IMG/VR virus record: IMGVR_UViG_3300036715_000626 | Coordinates: 1-64,000 of that record | Reading direction: 5' to 3' (one strand) | DNA length: 64,000 bases | Part shown: piece by piece, positions 40,470 through 50,631 of the stretch | How positions within the stretch are numbered: the first letter of the stretch is position 1 | Layout: every line of letters starts with the position of its first letter | Translations under genes and position numbers: made by a program | The notes under the pieces: model-generated | Database searches by the model: none | What the model saw: the letters and a program-made list of their open reading frames with translations, nothing else | Told to the model about the DNA's origin: nothing

Positions 40470-42054
40470 CTTAGGTTTATACAGTGTTGAAGAGACCGTA
40501 GTACGACCTGTCTTAGTACAGGTCGTATCGGATATCAAATCTCTCTTAGGGTTAACTAATGAGATATTCACCATATACGATCCAAAAGATGCTGCGTATA
40601 AACAACAAAACAAAACTGGTAATATAACAGGACAGACTGGCGCATACGATGAAGTAATCAAAATAGACTTTCAAGATCTTAGCGAAGATGGGACTGAGTT
40701 ATCATTAGTTACTGTCAACCCTGATTACGAGAAAGTCTATATCGATAATGAGCTTAAGTCCTATGCGGTACCAATCTATCAACGACGTCGGTTCACTATG
40801 AACTTTACATATAGTTCTAAATCTGGTAGTAAAGTAGATACCATTATTAACAAACTACGTTTAATGGTAGCTGGTGATAGGATGTACAAAACTCATAACC
40901 TTGAGTATCATTTTATACTACCACCTATCTTCTTAAAATTTCTTATAGAAGTTGTTCGGCTTAAGAATATACGATTAAACCCACAAATTACTTTAGAAGA
41001 ATATATTAATGGTACTTTTGATAATCGTGTAGATTTTTCAGAAACCTTGGATGGTAATGGATTTAAAAGCGATGTGGTTATCAGAGAACGGCAGTTAGGT
41101 ATTATTGGTTACATTACCGAAGACCTACATAACATAGCTAAGGAAATCGATGATACCAGTGGTATGACGAATGTTACCTTTGGTTATGAGCTAATCTTTG
41201 AGAAACCGGTTGTACTCAGAATGCAATATCCTATCTTAATCTATAATACGCTTATTGATCCTGCGTTTAGAGATATCGTTTATGAAAAAGGTACTCCTAA
41301 GACTGGTATTCGTACTATGGGTACTAGCGGAATGTTTGATATTACAGCTAGAAACATATCCTGTTTAGCAATACCTAAAGATAAGTATTATATAGCGATA
41401 CCGAGTATCGATACATTTGTATTAGATAAACCACCTAGCTACTTTGCTAGATTAGTGTCTGTTATGGTGACTGTGGATCCTAATAATCTAAAGGATCTGT
41501 TCAATATCCGTACAGACTTAGAAGTTGTAGCTAATATTAAGTTTAAGGATAGTATTCTTGACTTGATGATAAACTACTTTAGAGATACTATCGCTGAGAT
41601 GTATGGATCGGTATTCTACTTTGAATTGTATAAAAACGAACAGCTCGATGGTAGTAATCCTATCGTACTGGATATAGATGGTAACTTAACCACAACCAAT
41701 GATATGGATATTAAAGCTATTTATAGAGTAGTTATTAATATGGTTACAGATATGAGTGTTTTAAATTCGCAAGCAGCTCTTATACTTAAACGGTACTTAG
41801 AAGCAGAGATGACGATACTTAACATCAAAAAGAGTAACTACACGACATTCTTAGAGTATTATGCGATACTCTTTAATATACCTCAAGAAGAGGTACTAGC
41901 ATGTGTAGCAAAGAATCAGTATAAGAATACTTTGTTCAAGATCACCGAGCCGGTATGGATTAAATTCTTTACCAAAGAACTGGTTATTAACTTAACTGGT
42001 ATTATGGATGAAAAGATGACATCGTTAAATCAATTCTCTCCTATAGCAGAATAA
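40456..42054 (+). CDS. Virion structural protein (phiKZ gp98-like)
   Basis: TVVRPV, PIY, HNLEYH, FEKP...MQYPILIYN. Start set at ATG 40456. Confidence 0.7.
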   Translation: MIKTNLGLYSVEETVVRPVLVQVVSDIKSLLGLTNEIFTIYDPKDAAYKQQNKTGNITGQTGAYDEVIKIDFQDLSEDGTELSLVTVNPDYEKVYIDNELKSYAVPIYQRRRFTMNFTYSSKSGSKVDTIINKLRLMVAGDRMYKTHNLEYHFILPPIFLKFLIEVVRLKNIRLNPQITLEEYINGTFDNRVDFSETLDGNGFKSDVVIRERQLGIIGYITEDLHNIAKEIDDTSGMTNVTFGYELIFEKPVVLRMQYPILIYNTLIDPAFRDIVYEKGTPKTGIRTMGTSGMFDITARNISCLAIPKDKYYIAIPSIDTFVLDKPPSYFARLVSVMVTVDPNNLKDLFNIRTDLEVVANIKFKDSILDLMINYFRDTIAEMYGSVFYFELYKNEQLDGSNPIVLDIDGNLTTTNDMDIKAIYRVVINMVTDMSVLNSQAALILKRYLEAEMTILNIKKSNYTTFLEYYAILFNIPQEEVLACVAKNQYKNTLFKITEPVWIKFFTKELVINLTGIMDEKMTSLNQFSPIAE

Positions 42055-42057
42055 CTA

Positions 42058-42085
42058 AGACACTATTCCTTAAGGAATAGTGTCT
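42058..42085. terminator. Perfect 28-bp palindrome
   Basis: AGACACTATTCCTT|AAGGAATAGTGTCT. Confidence 0.7.
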
Positions 42086-42135
42086 ATGTACCTATTTTTT
42101 GATTATTAAGCGTTTAACTAATAAAAGGATCAGAT

Positions 42136-43440
42136 ATGCCGATACTTAAAGATTCCGACACACCTATAACTGAATCTGGTGTTCCGGTAAATACACCCAA
42201 CGTTAATGGTGAAAAACCTTTTTTAACTAATGAAGATTTAAAGACTTCTACTATCTTTAACAAAGAACGTAACTTAGATAGCATCGTTCAATACGTTAAA
42301 GGTATGAAATGGACAGTTAACTATTTTCTACAAATTAAAAATATAAACGATCCTGTAAGACCTCCTGATATAAGTTTGCCTGTTACCGTACAAAAGTATC
42401 ATCGTATCGATAAACTAGTATTAGTATTACAAGATGCGGTTAACCAAGAAGACTTCAATAACGTTACCGGTAGTGCTACTATTAACTGTGGTTTCTTACC
42501 ATACATCGGCGATGCGTTCATCGCTACCTTAGTAGGTGGTAGAGAAGCGATATTTGTATTAACGAATGTTGAGATAAAAACCTATAACTTACATCCAGTC
42601 TATAATGTTGAATTCAAATTACTATTCCTATTGGATAACGGTAATGCCGAGATCTATAACGACTTAGTTATGAAGACTATTCAAACTTATGTCTATGATA
42701 AAGAACACTTGTTAGATTACAGTGCTCCTATCATACTCGCAGCTGATTATACTCGTAAAATAAACCTTAAGAATATAATTCCAGAAATAGCAGATTATTA
42801 TCTTAGAACGTTTACTACTAATGAAAAGAACGTATTGGCGTTACCTACGTCATCAAGTATCTATATCGATACTATGTTAGCAGACTTCGTATATAAGATT
42901 ATATCTCCGTCTGATAGTAACTTGATGACTAGAGTTACGCGTATCGATGTTGACTTAAAAGAAGATATACGGTATACTGTCTGGGATGCTATCGTTAACC
43001 GTAATAAATCGTTACTAAAACTCTGTACTAAAAATATAGATTTTAAATATACTCCCTATACACAATCTAATGTGTTATTGAGAAATGTATCCTATCTAGG
43101 CATATCGTTTATGGCTAATGTTATAAACGAAGGAGATACTCCTGTAGTACCTGTTGCTATTGATATTAGTATACCTACTGTTAGTTATACTAATCCTTTG
43201 AGTAATGGCATTAAAGAATATGTCTTAACCGATAAATTCTATACCCTAGATACCGCTAATTGTGGTTTGTTAGAACAAATGTTGATATCTTACTTAAACA
43301 GTGAGAACTTAAATACGGATTCTTTATACGTTCTTATTGATGAATACCCGTATTGGTCAACACGAGAACAATTTTATTTAATACCTATTTTAATTGCTTT
43401 AATACGCGATAGTATATCTAGAACCTATTCATCTTTATAG
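42136..43440 (+). CDS. Virion structural protein (phiKZ gp99-like)
   Basis: YV.G.KWTVNYF.Q, PYIGDAFIA, W...EQFYLIPIL. Confidence 0.75.
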   Translation: MPILKDSDTPITESGVPVNTPNVNGEKPFLTNEDLKTSTIFNKERNLDSIVQYVKGMKWTVNYFLQIKNINDPVRPPDISLPVTVQKYHRIDKLVLVLQDAVNQEDFNNVTGSATINCGFLPYIGDAFIATLVGGREAIFVLTNVEIKTYNLHPVYNVEFKLLFLLDNGNAEIYNDLVMKTIQTYVYDKEHLLDYSAPIILAADYTRKINLKNIIPEIADYYLRTFTTNEKNVLALPTSSSIYIDTMLADFVYKIISPSDSNLMTRVTRIDVDLKEDIRYTVWDAIVNRNKSLLKLCTKNIDFKYTPYTQSNVLLRNVSYLGISFMANVINEGDTPVVPVAIDISIPTVSYTNPLSNGIKEYVLTDKFYTLDTANCGLLEQMLISYLNSENLNTDSLYVLIDEYPYWSTREQFYLIPILIALIRDSISRTYSSL

Positions 43441-43450
43441 GGAGTGTCTT

Positions 43451-44089
43451 ATGGAATTACGAAATGAATTACCGAGTAAACTATACCGTGTAAGAGTTCC
43501 TGAAATAGCAACATATTCAGAAGCTGAATTAGAGATACTAGGTGTACCTATAAGTATCTACGATGGGTATAATAGAAAGCACCACTATACTGAAACAGTA
43601 GTAGTTATGTTACCCATATCTCGATTAGTGGATATTTACTCTAGTGGATACTCTATAGAAATTATGAGTAGAGATGATGTAACGGAAGTCTATAATACTC
43701 TTGAACGATATGTTAATAACAGTTTAGAAATTCTTAACTTCTCTCCTAACAGAGCTGCGGTAATAGAAGATCGACATGAAGAGATTGAAAAGATGTTAGA
43801 AGAGATGTTTGGTTATAATAAACGAACTATCGTAAAAGAAACTCTTAAAGATCAAACTAGTTTCGGTGGGTTGAATATAAACCTTTTCCACGATAACTAT
43901 AGACCGCCAGTTAGAAACAACCAACCTGTTAATGCTATGGCAGGATATGGTTATGATGAACCGATTAACAACCAACAACCAACAACTTTTATAGACCCCT
44001 ATAAAAACCTACCTGCCTTAGATATAGATAAGGTACAAAGAGTCTCTCGCCGTAGAGGGATAACGATACATGAAATTAATAAATTATAA
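43451..44089 (+). CDS. Conserved phiKZ-like hypothetical protein
   Basis: 212 aa, GGGAG RBS, within the structural operon. Confidence 0.65.
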   Translation: MELRNELPSKLYRVRVPEIATYSEAELEILGVPISIYDGYNRKHHYTETVVVMLPISRLVDIYSSGYSIEIMSRDDVTEVYNTLERYVNNSLEILNFSPNRAAVIEDRHEEIEKMLEEMFGYNKRTIVKETLKDQTSFGGLNINLFHDNYRPPVRNNQPVNAMAGYGYDEPINNQQPTTFIDPYKNLPALDIDKVQRVSRRRGITIHEINKL

Positions 44090-44098
44090 GGATTACTT

Positions 44099-45268
44099 AT
44101 GGAAAACATCTCTACACACTTGATCGAAGAAACAAAAGAAATTCGTGGTATGATAGCTAACTACTTAACATTGTCTATCATATTGAGTAACTTTGTAACA
44201 GACCCTGTAGCTGAAGCTACTAAAATTGCTAATGGTGAATATGCTTTCTTACACGAAGATGAAGAAGAAGGTGGTATTAAAAACTTAGAAAGTGATTTCC
44301 AAGAGATTCTAAAAGGTCTTAATGGTGCATTTACACAGTCACGTGCTGTAGAAATCGGTATCCAAAAGTTAGCTACGTATATCGATGAATTAAGAGCTGA
44401 GATTATTTCTGAGACTAATGAAGTCAAAGACCTTATCAAAATGCCAGAAACAACCCTTAACAGCAATATCACCGCACTAAGCGCCCAACCATACGATATT
44501 GACTCATTACGTCGTCGTCGCGATTTCTATAACTCTTCGTTAGCGACTAAAGAATACATGACTAAGAAAACTATCATAGCGTTGCAGAAAATCTATAACG
44601 TTGAAGTACTTACTGAGAGCATGGCTAAGAATATACTATTCACCGTGGCTACACAAATCGGAAACACTAGTGCTTCGGCTATTCTTGAAAAGCTCGAAAC
44701 CGGAATTAAAATATATAACTCCAAACTCGAATTGTTAAATATGAAGAGCGTTAATCCAAATATATCTTTTCCTGAATTCGATAAGTTGTTTGCTTACGAT
44801 GAAGCTGCGTTGGGAGATAATAACCTTTATCTTGGTTTACCATCATTACTTGGAGAAATCGATACCGGACCTATTGATGGTGCTGATAAATCGATTATCG
44901 ACTTTGTGTCAGACCTTATTGAAAGTCTCCCTGGAATGTTTGACTACGTCGGTGAAACCATTGGTTCGTTTAAAGAAATTGTTTCTAAAGTATCTGATAT
45001 TAACACACCAATTATCGATGTGGTAACAGACTTTAAAACAAACTGTATTGAAACATTTACAAATGGAACCATTACTAAAGATGAATTCACCCAGAGTATT
45101 GCTAGTAAAGGTGAATTAATGCGTGGTTATAATTCGGTTACGAATAACCTTGCTGTAACAATAACTGAAGCAGCTATCGGTGTTAACAAACTTATTTCTA
45201 CATATGATGTAGTAGGTAACTTACTCGATGAGTTAACCTTATACGGAACAATTGAATCTCCTAAATAA
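44099..45268 (+). CDS. Hypothetical helical protein, probably virion
   Basis: 389-aa ORF, AAGGA RBS. Confidence 0.7.
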   Translation: MENISTHLIEETKEIRGMIANYLTLSIILSNFVTDPVAEATKIANGEYAFLHEDEEEGGIKNLESDFQEILKGLNGAFTQSRAVEIGIQKLATYIDELRAEIISETNEVKDLIKMPETTLNSNITALSAQPYDIDSLRRRRDFYNSSLATKEYMTKKTIIALQKIYNVEVLTESMAKNILFTVATQIGNTSASAILEKLETGIKIYNSKLELLNMKSVNPNISFPEFDKLFAYDEAALGDNNLYLGLPSLLGEIDTGPIDGADKSIIDFVSDLIESLPGMFDYVGETIGSFKEIVSKVSDINTPIIDVVTDFKTNCIETFTNGTITKDEFTQSIASKGELMRGYNSVTNNLAVTITEAAIGVNKLISTYDVVGNLLDELTLYGTIESPK

Positions 45269-45280
45269 ACAAGGATCATT

Positions 45281-46609
45281 ATGGTATCTAAACTCGGTGA
45301 AGGCGCATTAGAACTTGACATACAGTCAATTCTAGACGCTAAAGGAACGAATCCTACTAAACCAGAATATTCAGTGTTTTTAAATACCGTTGATAAAGAT
45401 ATGCCGATTAAGTTATTAGACTCTGTTGAACTATTAAGAGATTATAATACTTATGTAGGTGATTATATTTTAGCTACTTTTCATATAGGTATGGGGGATT
45501 ACATTTCAGATGTCCTCCCGTATCGTGATAACTTAGAAGCTACTATTATTAAGAAAGACAGTAAGTCACAATCATCAACTCGTTATAAGTTTGCGATTGT
45601 TAACAATCAAAACTATACAGCTGGTGATGTATATGATAAAATGTCTAAAGAAGATCTTAACAAATCTCAATTGATAACCATAGAAGGACAATGTCTTGAT
45701 AGACATATTGAAACCTTACGAACTATTCCCGTTGACGGTATCTTTAAATTTAGCACTATCTTAGATGTGTTTAGATATAACATCGATGCGGCTTTAAGTG
45801 GTATTAAAATAGGTAGTAAAACTCCGGATATAGATATTAACATTATCACGCCTAACAATGATCGCTCCTACGATCACATAGAGGTACCTACAGGGACTAA
45901 AGTACTAGATTTGGCTACCTATCTACAACAAAGTAATTACGGCGTTTATAATGGCGCTGTAGGAACATATTTTCAATTGTACGGTCCTACCTTAAGAAAC
46001 ACTTTGTTTATCTATCCTTTGTATACCAATGCTCTTTTTAAAACCGCTACTAAAAAACTTATTATCTATAAAGCAAGTACAAGTAAATTCGATGTGATTG
46101 AAAGCACTTACTTCATAGACGGCGATATTGTTAAAATCATTGCTGGTAGTAATACAAAGAGTATAAATAAAGGCGAGAATGAATTACTGAATACTGGTTA
46201 TTCTATTGTAGCTAGTGATCCTAACACCATGTTAGAACGTAATGCGTTAGTAGATGACGATTCAGTTGTTGTTAGTAAAGATAGTAACTTAACTGGGTTG
46301 TTATTTAAAACACCTTCTGATGGAAATCCTAATCCTAACTATGTTGGTATGACGGATAATCTTTATAAATATCGTAGTGAGATTATGAAGAAGTCTATGT
46401 CAATATTCCAAGTACAATGGAATCATAGTGATCCAGATTTAATATACCCCGGAATGCCGGTGATGTATGTTTTTGCAGACGATGTTAATGGTATACGTAA
46501 AATGACCGGTACGGTACAATCTACTTACAGTAAGTATTTGAAATCTACTAATGAACGCGCTAGTCTTATAAACATAGCCGTGTCTGAAGTTGTAAAAGGA
46601 CAGGAATGA
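45281..46609 (+). CDS. Virion structural protein (phiKZ gp101-like, baseplate-hub-like)
   Basis: RDY...GD, YLQ...GVY..G.G.Y.Q, IYPLY, WNHSDPDLIYPGMPV. Confidence 0.75.
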   Translation: MVSKLGEGALELDIQSILDAKGTNPTKPEYSVFLNTVDKDMPIKLLDSVELLRDYNTYVGDYILATFHIGMGDYISDVLPYRDNLEATIIKKDSKSQSSTRYKFAIVNNQNYTAGDVYDKMSKEDLNKSQLITIEGQCLDRHIETLRTIPVDGIFKFSTILDVFRYNIDAALSGIKIGSKTPDIDINIITPNNDRSYDHIEVPTGTKVLDLATYLQQSNYGVYNGAVGTYFQLYGPTLRNTLFIYPLYTNALFKTATKKLIIYKASTSKFDVIESTYFIDGDIVKIIAGSNTKSINKGENELLNTGYSIVASDPNTMLERNALVDDDSVVVSKDSNLTGLLFKTPSDGNPNPNYVGMTDNLYKYRSEIMKKSMSIFQVQWNHSDPDLIYPGMPVMYVFADDVNGIRKMTGTVQSTYSKYLKSTNERASLINIAVSEVVKGQE

Positions 46610-46929
46610 AGATTGATAAAATAAACAATAACACATATCGTGTGGTAGATAGCTCTGAAATAGAACTATTGGTTAATGAGATGGTTAATACGTTATCTCT
46701 GAATTCGGTAATGGATTTTGAAACTATAATTACAGATCAGCTTAAAGATAGTATGGTGTCACGGCTAGTAGCTGCACACTTTACTAAGATGAATCCTACG
46801 GTATTTAACGATGGTAATATGTATGTGATAATCAAAGTTGGTTTTGAAAATAGAGAAATCAATGTCAGTGTTGGTAATCTAACCCTTGAAAATAAAACAC
46901 GAACTCTAAACGGAGTTTTATATAAATAA
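46606..46929 (+). CDS. Hypothetical protein
   Basis: 107 aa; ATGA overlap with the upstream gene. Confidence 0.65.
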   Translation: MKIDKINNNTYRVVDSSEIELLVNEMVNTLSLNSVMDFETIITDQLKDSMVSRLVAAHFTKMNPTVFNDGNMYVIIKVGFENREINVSVGNLTLENKTRTLNGVLYK

Positions 46930-46962
46930 CAGTACTACATGGCATATGCCATGTAGTACTGT
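46929..46962. terminator. Perfect 34-bp palindrome between convergent genes
   Basis: ACAGTACTACATGGCAT|ATGCCATGTAGTACTGT. Confidence 0.75.
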
Positions 46963-46968
46963 ATTCTT

Positions 46969-47538
46969 TTACCAATTAAACATATTCTCATCAAGAGTAC
47001 TCTTCTTTAGCTTATCGATAACCGTACCTGTTTTCACAGGAGGGTAGTAATAATCAAAGATAGCTTTCCAGCGTGCTATCGTAGTAATATCTGGTTTAGA
47101 GAAACTAGCCGGTACCGATTGTAATTCCATATTCAGGTAGTTAATACCATCAGCATGAAAACGATTAAGTTTAAGATTGAAGTTAGCAGCTATGTTACTA
47201 AAATCTTTCTTATTCATATCATCAAAGTCGATATTAGGACGCTCGTAAAGCGCAGGTACTGTCATAATGTAAGCGCCATTATTATCGATAATATCTACCT
47301 CTCTAAACGGGCCACCTGATAACTCTAACCATTTATAAATCAACACTTGGTTTATTTCGATCTTACCTATATTGAAAAAGAAATCTAAGAAATATTCTTT
47401 AAAGATAATTTCAAGAACAGCATTATTAGAAACGATAGCTAACTCATTGTGCAACCCATCGATTAGATTCGTCAACTTAGATGTTTCCATATCTTTCATG
47501 GATTTAGCTAAATCTTCAAGTGATTTTTGTGGTGTCAT
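46969..47538 (-). CDS. Conserved phiKZ-like hypothetical protein
   Basis: E.IF.E.FL.FF, W..LSGGPF.EVDII, VPAL, W..IF..Y. Confidence 0.7.
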   Translation of the reverse strand: MTPQKSLEDLAKSMKDMETSKLTNLIDGLHNELAIVSNNAVLEIIFKEYFLDFFFNIGKIEINQVLIYKWLELSGGPFREVDIIDNNGAYIMTVPALYERPNIDFDDMNKKDFSNIAANFNLKLNRFHADGINYLNMELQSVPASFSKPDITTIARWKAIFDYYYPPVKTGTVIDKLKKSTLDENMFNW

Positions 47539-47951
47539 TGAGTGCTCCTCATTCCTCTTATATTTGCAATTGTAGTATCTATATCTAATAACGTGCCACC
47601 AGTTTCCGAAATGGTCTGGCTGAGAACATAACTGTTATTATCAGCATCAACACACGCAATATCAATCGTATATGTAATAACGCTTGTAGCAGGGTCATCT
47701 ACCATAGTAGCACTAACAACAGTATTTTTAAAATAGTTATTATACATAAATGTTAATGACGAAATGATATTAGTTCTGAGTTCATTTTTATCTGTATACA
47801 TAGCTACTAAATATTTTAAACTTTGAACTTTACCTTTAAAGGTATTGCTTTGTCCGTAATCGGAAGTAATAAAGTATTCGAATAACTTTATCATTATAGC
47901 TTTTCTGTTAGTTTCCCAGCCGGTGACGGCTAGAACTGGAACTCCTGTCAT
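47535..47951 (-). CDS. Conserved phiKZ-like virion protein (possibly gp25-like baseplate wedge fold)
   Basis: VP.L...GW, YF..SDY.QS..F.G.V.SL..L. Confidence 0.6.
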   Translation of the reverse strand: MTGVPVLAVTGWETNRKAIMIKLFEYFITSDYGQSNTFKGKVQSLKYLVAMYTDKNELRTNIISSLTFMYNNYFKNTVVSATMVDDPATSVITYTIDIACVDADNNSYVLSQTISETGGTLLDIDTTIANIRGMRSTQ

Positions 47952-47954
47952 CTG

Positions 47955-49760
47955 TTACTCCGGTAGTGGTTTAATGTATACTATGTTTAGATTTAACTCT
48001 AACATGTTTCTGAAATTATCAAGATTGATACTATAACTAACTAAAGCTTTAGTACTGCGTTTTAAAACATCTTTAACATTGTTAATATTGATATCGTGTT
48101 GAGTTCTAAAGAAATGTGTTCCTTGTAACTCTCTACCGCTAGGTGTTTCAAAAATGATCTTTGCTATGGTACCCATAGTATAGACTTTAGTTATGTTTAA
48201 CACTGATAAGAAAACAGGTTCAGCCCAGTCTTTTCCGTACGGACCCATACTTTCAATAGGTTTAACTAAACCGGGTGTTAACTTGTGCTCTGGTAAAAAC
48301 ATATCTACTTCTATCATATCTTTATTAAGATTAGTAGGAGTAAGTTCTTCACAATACTTATCAAAGAGTCGTTTAAACTCTTCTAATTTTTCTTTATGAA
48401 TACTACAACCTGCGGCACCTTCATGACCACCAAACTTAATAAATATAGAATCATCTTCGTTAGCGATATTCTTAAAAACTTGGACAATGTTCAAATCCTT
48501 AATGATTGCTCTCGTACTACCTACATAAGCATCTTGATCGGGAGTATTTAAGAAGCATACTGTTGGTAGTCCTTTACTTTCTCCGATATTACTAGCAACA
48601 ATACCACTGATAGATAACTCTGAATCTATTAATAATACAATACTGTGTTTATAAGGATTGTTAATGAGCGTACTTTTCTCTTTGTTAATGACAGTCTTCT
48701 GCACTGTCTTACGAAAGTTATTAAGTTTGTTTAACTCTTCCCCATATATAAGTACGTCTTCCGGAGTATCAGCTGATAATAGTTTAAAAGCTAAATCTTC
48801 GGCATCTATTCTATTAGCAGTATTAATAAGCGGAGCTATCTTAAACCCGATTTCTTTATAAGTGATCTTACCCGTAATGTTAAGAATTTTCTTAATAGCA
48901 TACCATGCTTTGTTACGGAATGAGTTTATCTCGTTCAGACCTGTCTTAACAATATGTCTATTGATCGGTAACTTTAAAGACATAACGTCACTTATCGTAG
49001 ATATAGCCACATATGGGATAATAGGATTAAAGATATCTAATCTATTATTAGGATACATTTTCTTATAGGTATTGACCATAACTAAGAAAGCTACAAAGCA
49101 ACCAGAAACATCTTTATAATAAGTACTGTCACTACGTTGGTTGTTAATAAACACATCGCAGTTATCTGGATTTATGTCATTAGGGATCTGATGATGGTCT
49201 GTTATAACCATAGTAATACCAAGATCTTTAAATTCTTTAAACGCATCATTATCTACTGATCCGTGGTCGGCGCTGATAATTAAATCAATTTTCTTTTTAT
49301 TATGCAGTTTTTTAACACGATTAACAAGTACTTGATTAAACCCGTTTCCGTCACGTCGTTTGTTTATAATAACACTAACCGTAGTAGGATCAACATTAAA
49401 CACTTGTAATAACGATCGATAGAGTACTGTAGCTGAGTTAACACCATCACAGTCATAGTCTGTGACAATAGCGATATGTCGCTTATTAACAATGTTATCT
49501 CTTACGATTTCTGATGCCAACTCGATATCTTTAAGTTGTTTAATATTTTGATCTATCCGAAGACAATTAAAGTAATACGATACGATATCTTGTTTATAGA
49601 ATTCATAATCTTTATCTTCTAGCCGGTTAGCGATTAACGATGCCTGAAACTCGGTTATGTTGTTTTTAATTAATTCTGCATATATTTTTGTACTGGGTTT
49701 TTTGTATATAAATCCGTGTTCTTCTATATGATCACTGATCTTTCCTTGTTTGATTTTCAT
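47955..49760 (-). CDS. recJ: Single-stranded DNA 5'-3' exonuclease RecJ (DHH family)
   Basis: DYDCDG, DHG, TDHH, TISDVM.L, APLINTANR, GSTR, FGGHEGAAG, GPYG...P.F. Confidence 0.93.
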   Translation of the reverse strand: MKIKQGKISDHIEEHGFIYKKPSTKIYAELIKNNITEFQASLIANRLEDKDYEFYKQDIVSYYFNCLRIDQNIKQLKDIELASEIVRDNIVNKRHIAIVTDYDCDGVNSATVLYRSLLQVFNVDPTTVSVIINKRRDGNGFNQVLVNRVKKLHNKKKIDLIISADHGSVDNDAFKEFKDLGITMVITDHHQIPNDINPDNCDVFINNQRSDSTYYKDVSGCFVAFLVMVNTYKKMYPNNRLDIFNPIIPYVAISTISDVMSLKLPINRHIVKTGLNEINSFRNKAWYAIKKILNITGKITYKEIGFKIAPLINTANRIDAEDLAFKLLSADTPEDVLIYGEELNKLNNFRKTVQKTVINKEKSTLINNPYKHSIVLLIDSELSISGIVASNIGESKGLPTVCFLNTPDQDAYVGSTRAIIKDLNIVQVFKNIANEDDSIFIKFGGHEGAAGCSIHKEKLEEFKRLFDKYCEELTPTNLNKDMIEVDMFLPEHKLTPGLVKPIESMGPYGKDWAEPVFLSVLNITKVYTMGTIAKIIFETPSGRELQGTHFFRTQHDININNVKDVLKRSTKALVSYSINLDNFRNMLELNLNIVYIKPLPE

Positions 49761-49849
49761 AGTTATACCTTTAGTATTATCAATTATTATCGAAATATAG
49801 ATATTTTATATAAAACTTTATTTGATATTAATCGTTAAAGGTATAAGTT

Positions 49850-50449
49850 ATGAAAATGTTAAAGTTAACTGGGTTACGTGTTATGCCGGTATATGCCAGT
49901 GTTTATATTGGTAAACGAACACAGGTTAGATATTTCAATATCATGCATGGTAGTAGAGATTTCTCAGTATGGTCTTGTGGTATGAATAAACGATTATTCA
50001 ATCCGGATAATTATGGTCGTGATGTTGATAAGATTGAGCTAACTGATAACAACTATACGTTGGTTCCTGTAGAAACCGCTAAGAACCCTAACAATACACA
50101 ATTTTACGCAGTCTATAGTGATGGTGTAGAATCACACACTACCGATATTATTTTGTTCTGGGAAATTCCTAATAAACGATATACCGAAGTTACTTATAGC
50201 ATCTCCGGGTCATGTCGTGAATTGGGTAGTGGTGTCACAGGTATGACGAGAGATGGTATCGAATACCGCTCACCAGCACCAGTACTTGAAATATATGGTG
50301 ACGTTACTTTATCATGGAGTGGAAAAGATATGATTGGTCAATCATTATCACAAACAATATCTTACGATTACGCAACTGCTTCGTGGAAAATACCACCTAT
50401 GGAAGTAACAGAAAATATTAAAGGAGGAGAAGATGTCGAACAATCTTGA
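49850..50449 (+). CDS. Hypothetical protein
   Basis: 199-aa ORF, AAGGT RBS. Confidence 0.7.
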   Translation: MKMLKLTGLRVMPVYASVYIGKRTQVRYFNIMHGSRDFSVWSCGMNKRLFNPDNYGRDVDKIELTDNNYTLVPVETAKNPNNTQFYAVYSDGVESHTTDIILFWEIPNKRYTEVTYSISGSCRELGSGVTGMTRDGIEYRSPAPVLEIYGDVTLSWSGKDMIGQSLSQTISYDYATASWKIPPMEVTENIKGGEDVEQS

Positions 50450-50630
50450 CAATGGTGGAAGCACCGTTAGCATAACACGCTCTAATGCTAATAATGACCG
50501 AATAGCATTACAAATAAATAACCAAAATCTTGGAACCAATAAAAAATCAGGTGGTTACACAGCGAGTGATAAACCAATAGCTACAAGTATAGCAGAGGAA
50601 CTACGAAAACAGTATCCTAAAAAGGATTAA
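50433..50630 (+). CDS. Small hypothetical protein
   Basis: 65 aa, strong AGGAGG RBS. Confidence 0.6.
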   Translation: MSNNLDNGGSTVSITRSNANNDRIALQINNQNLGTNKKSGGYTASDKPIATSIAEELRKQYPKKD

Positions 50631-50631
50631 T

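Noticed and set aside
14709-49068. Numerous 60-170 aa antisense or nested ORFs in the track
   Set aside because: They lie opposite or within well-supported genes and show S/L/I-rich shadow composition.
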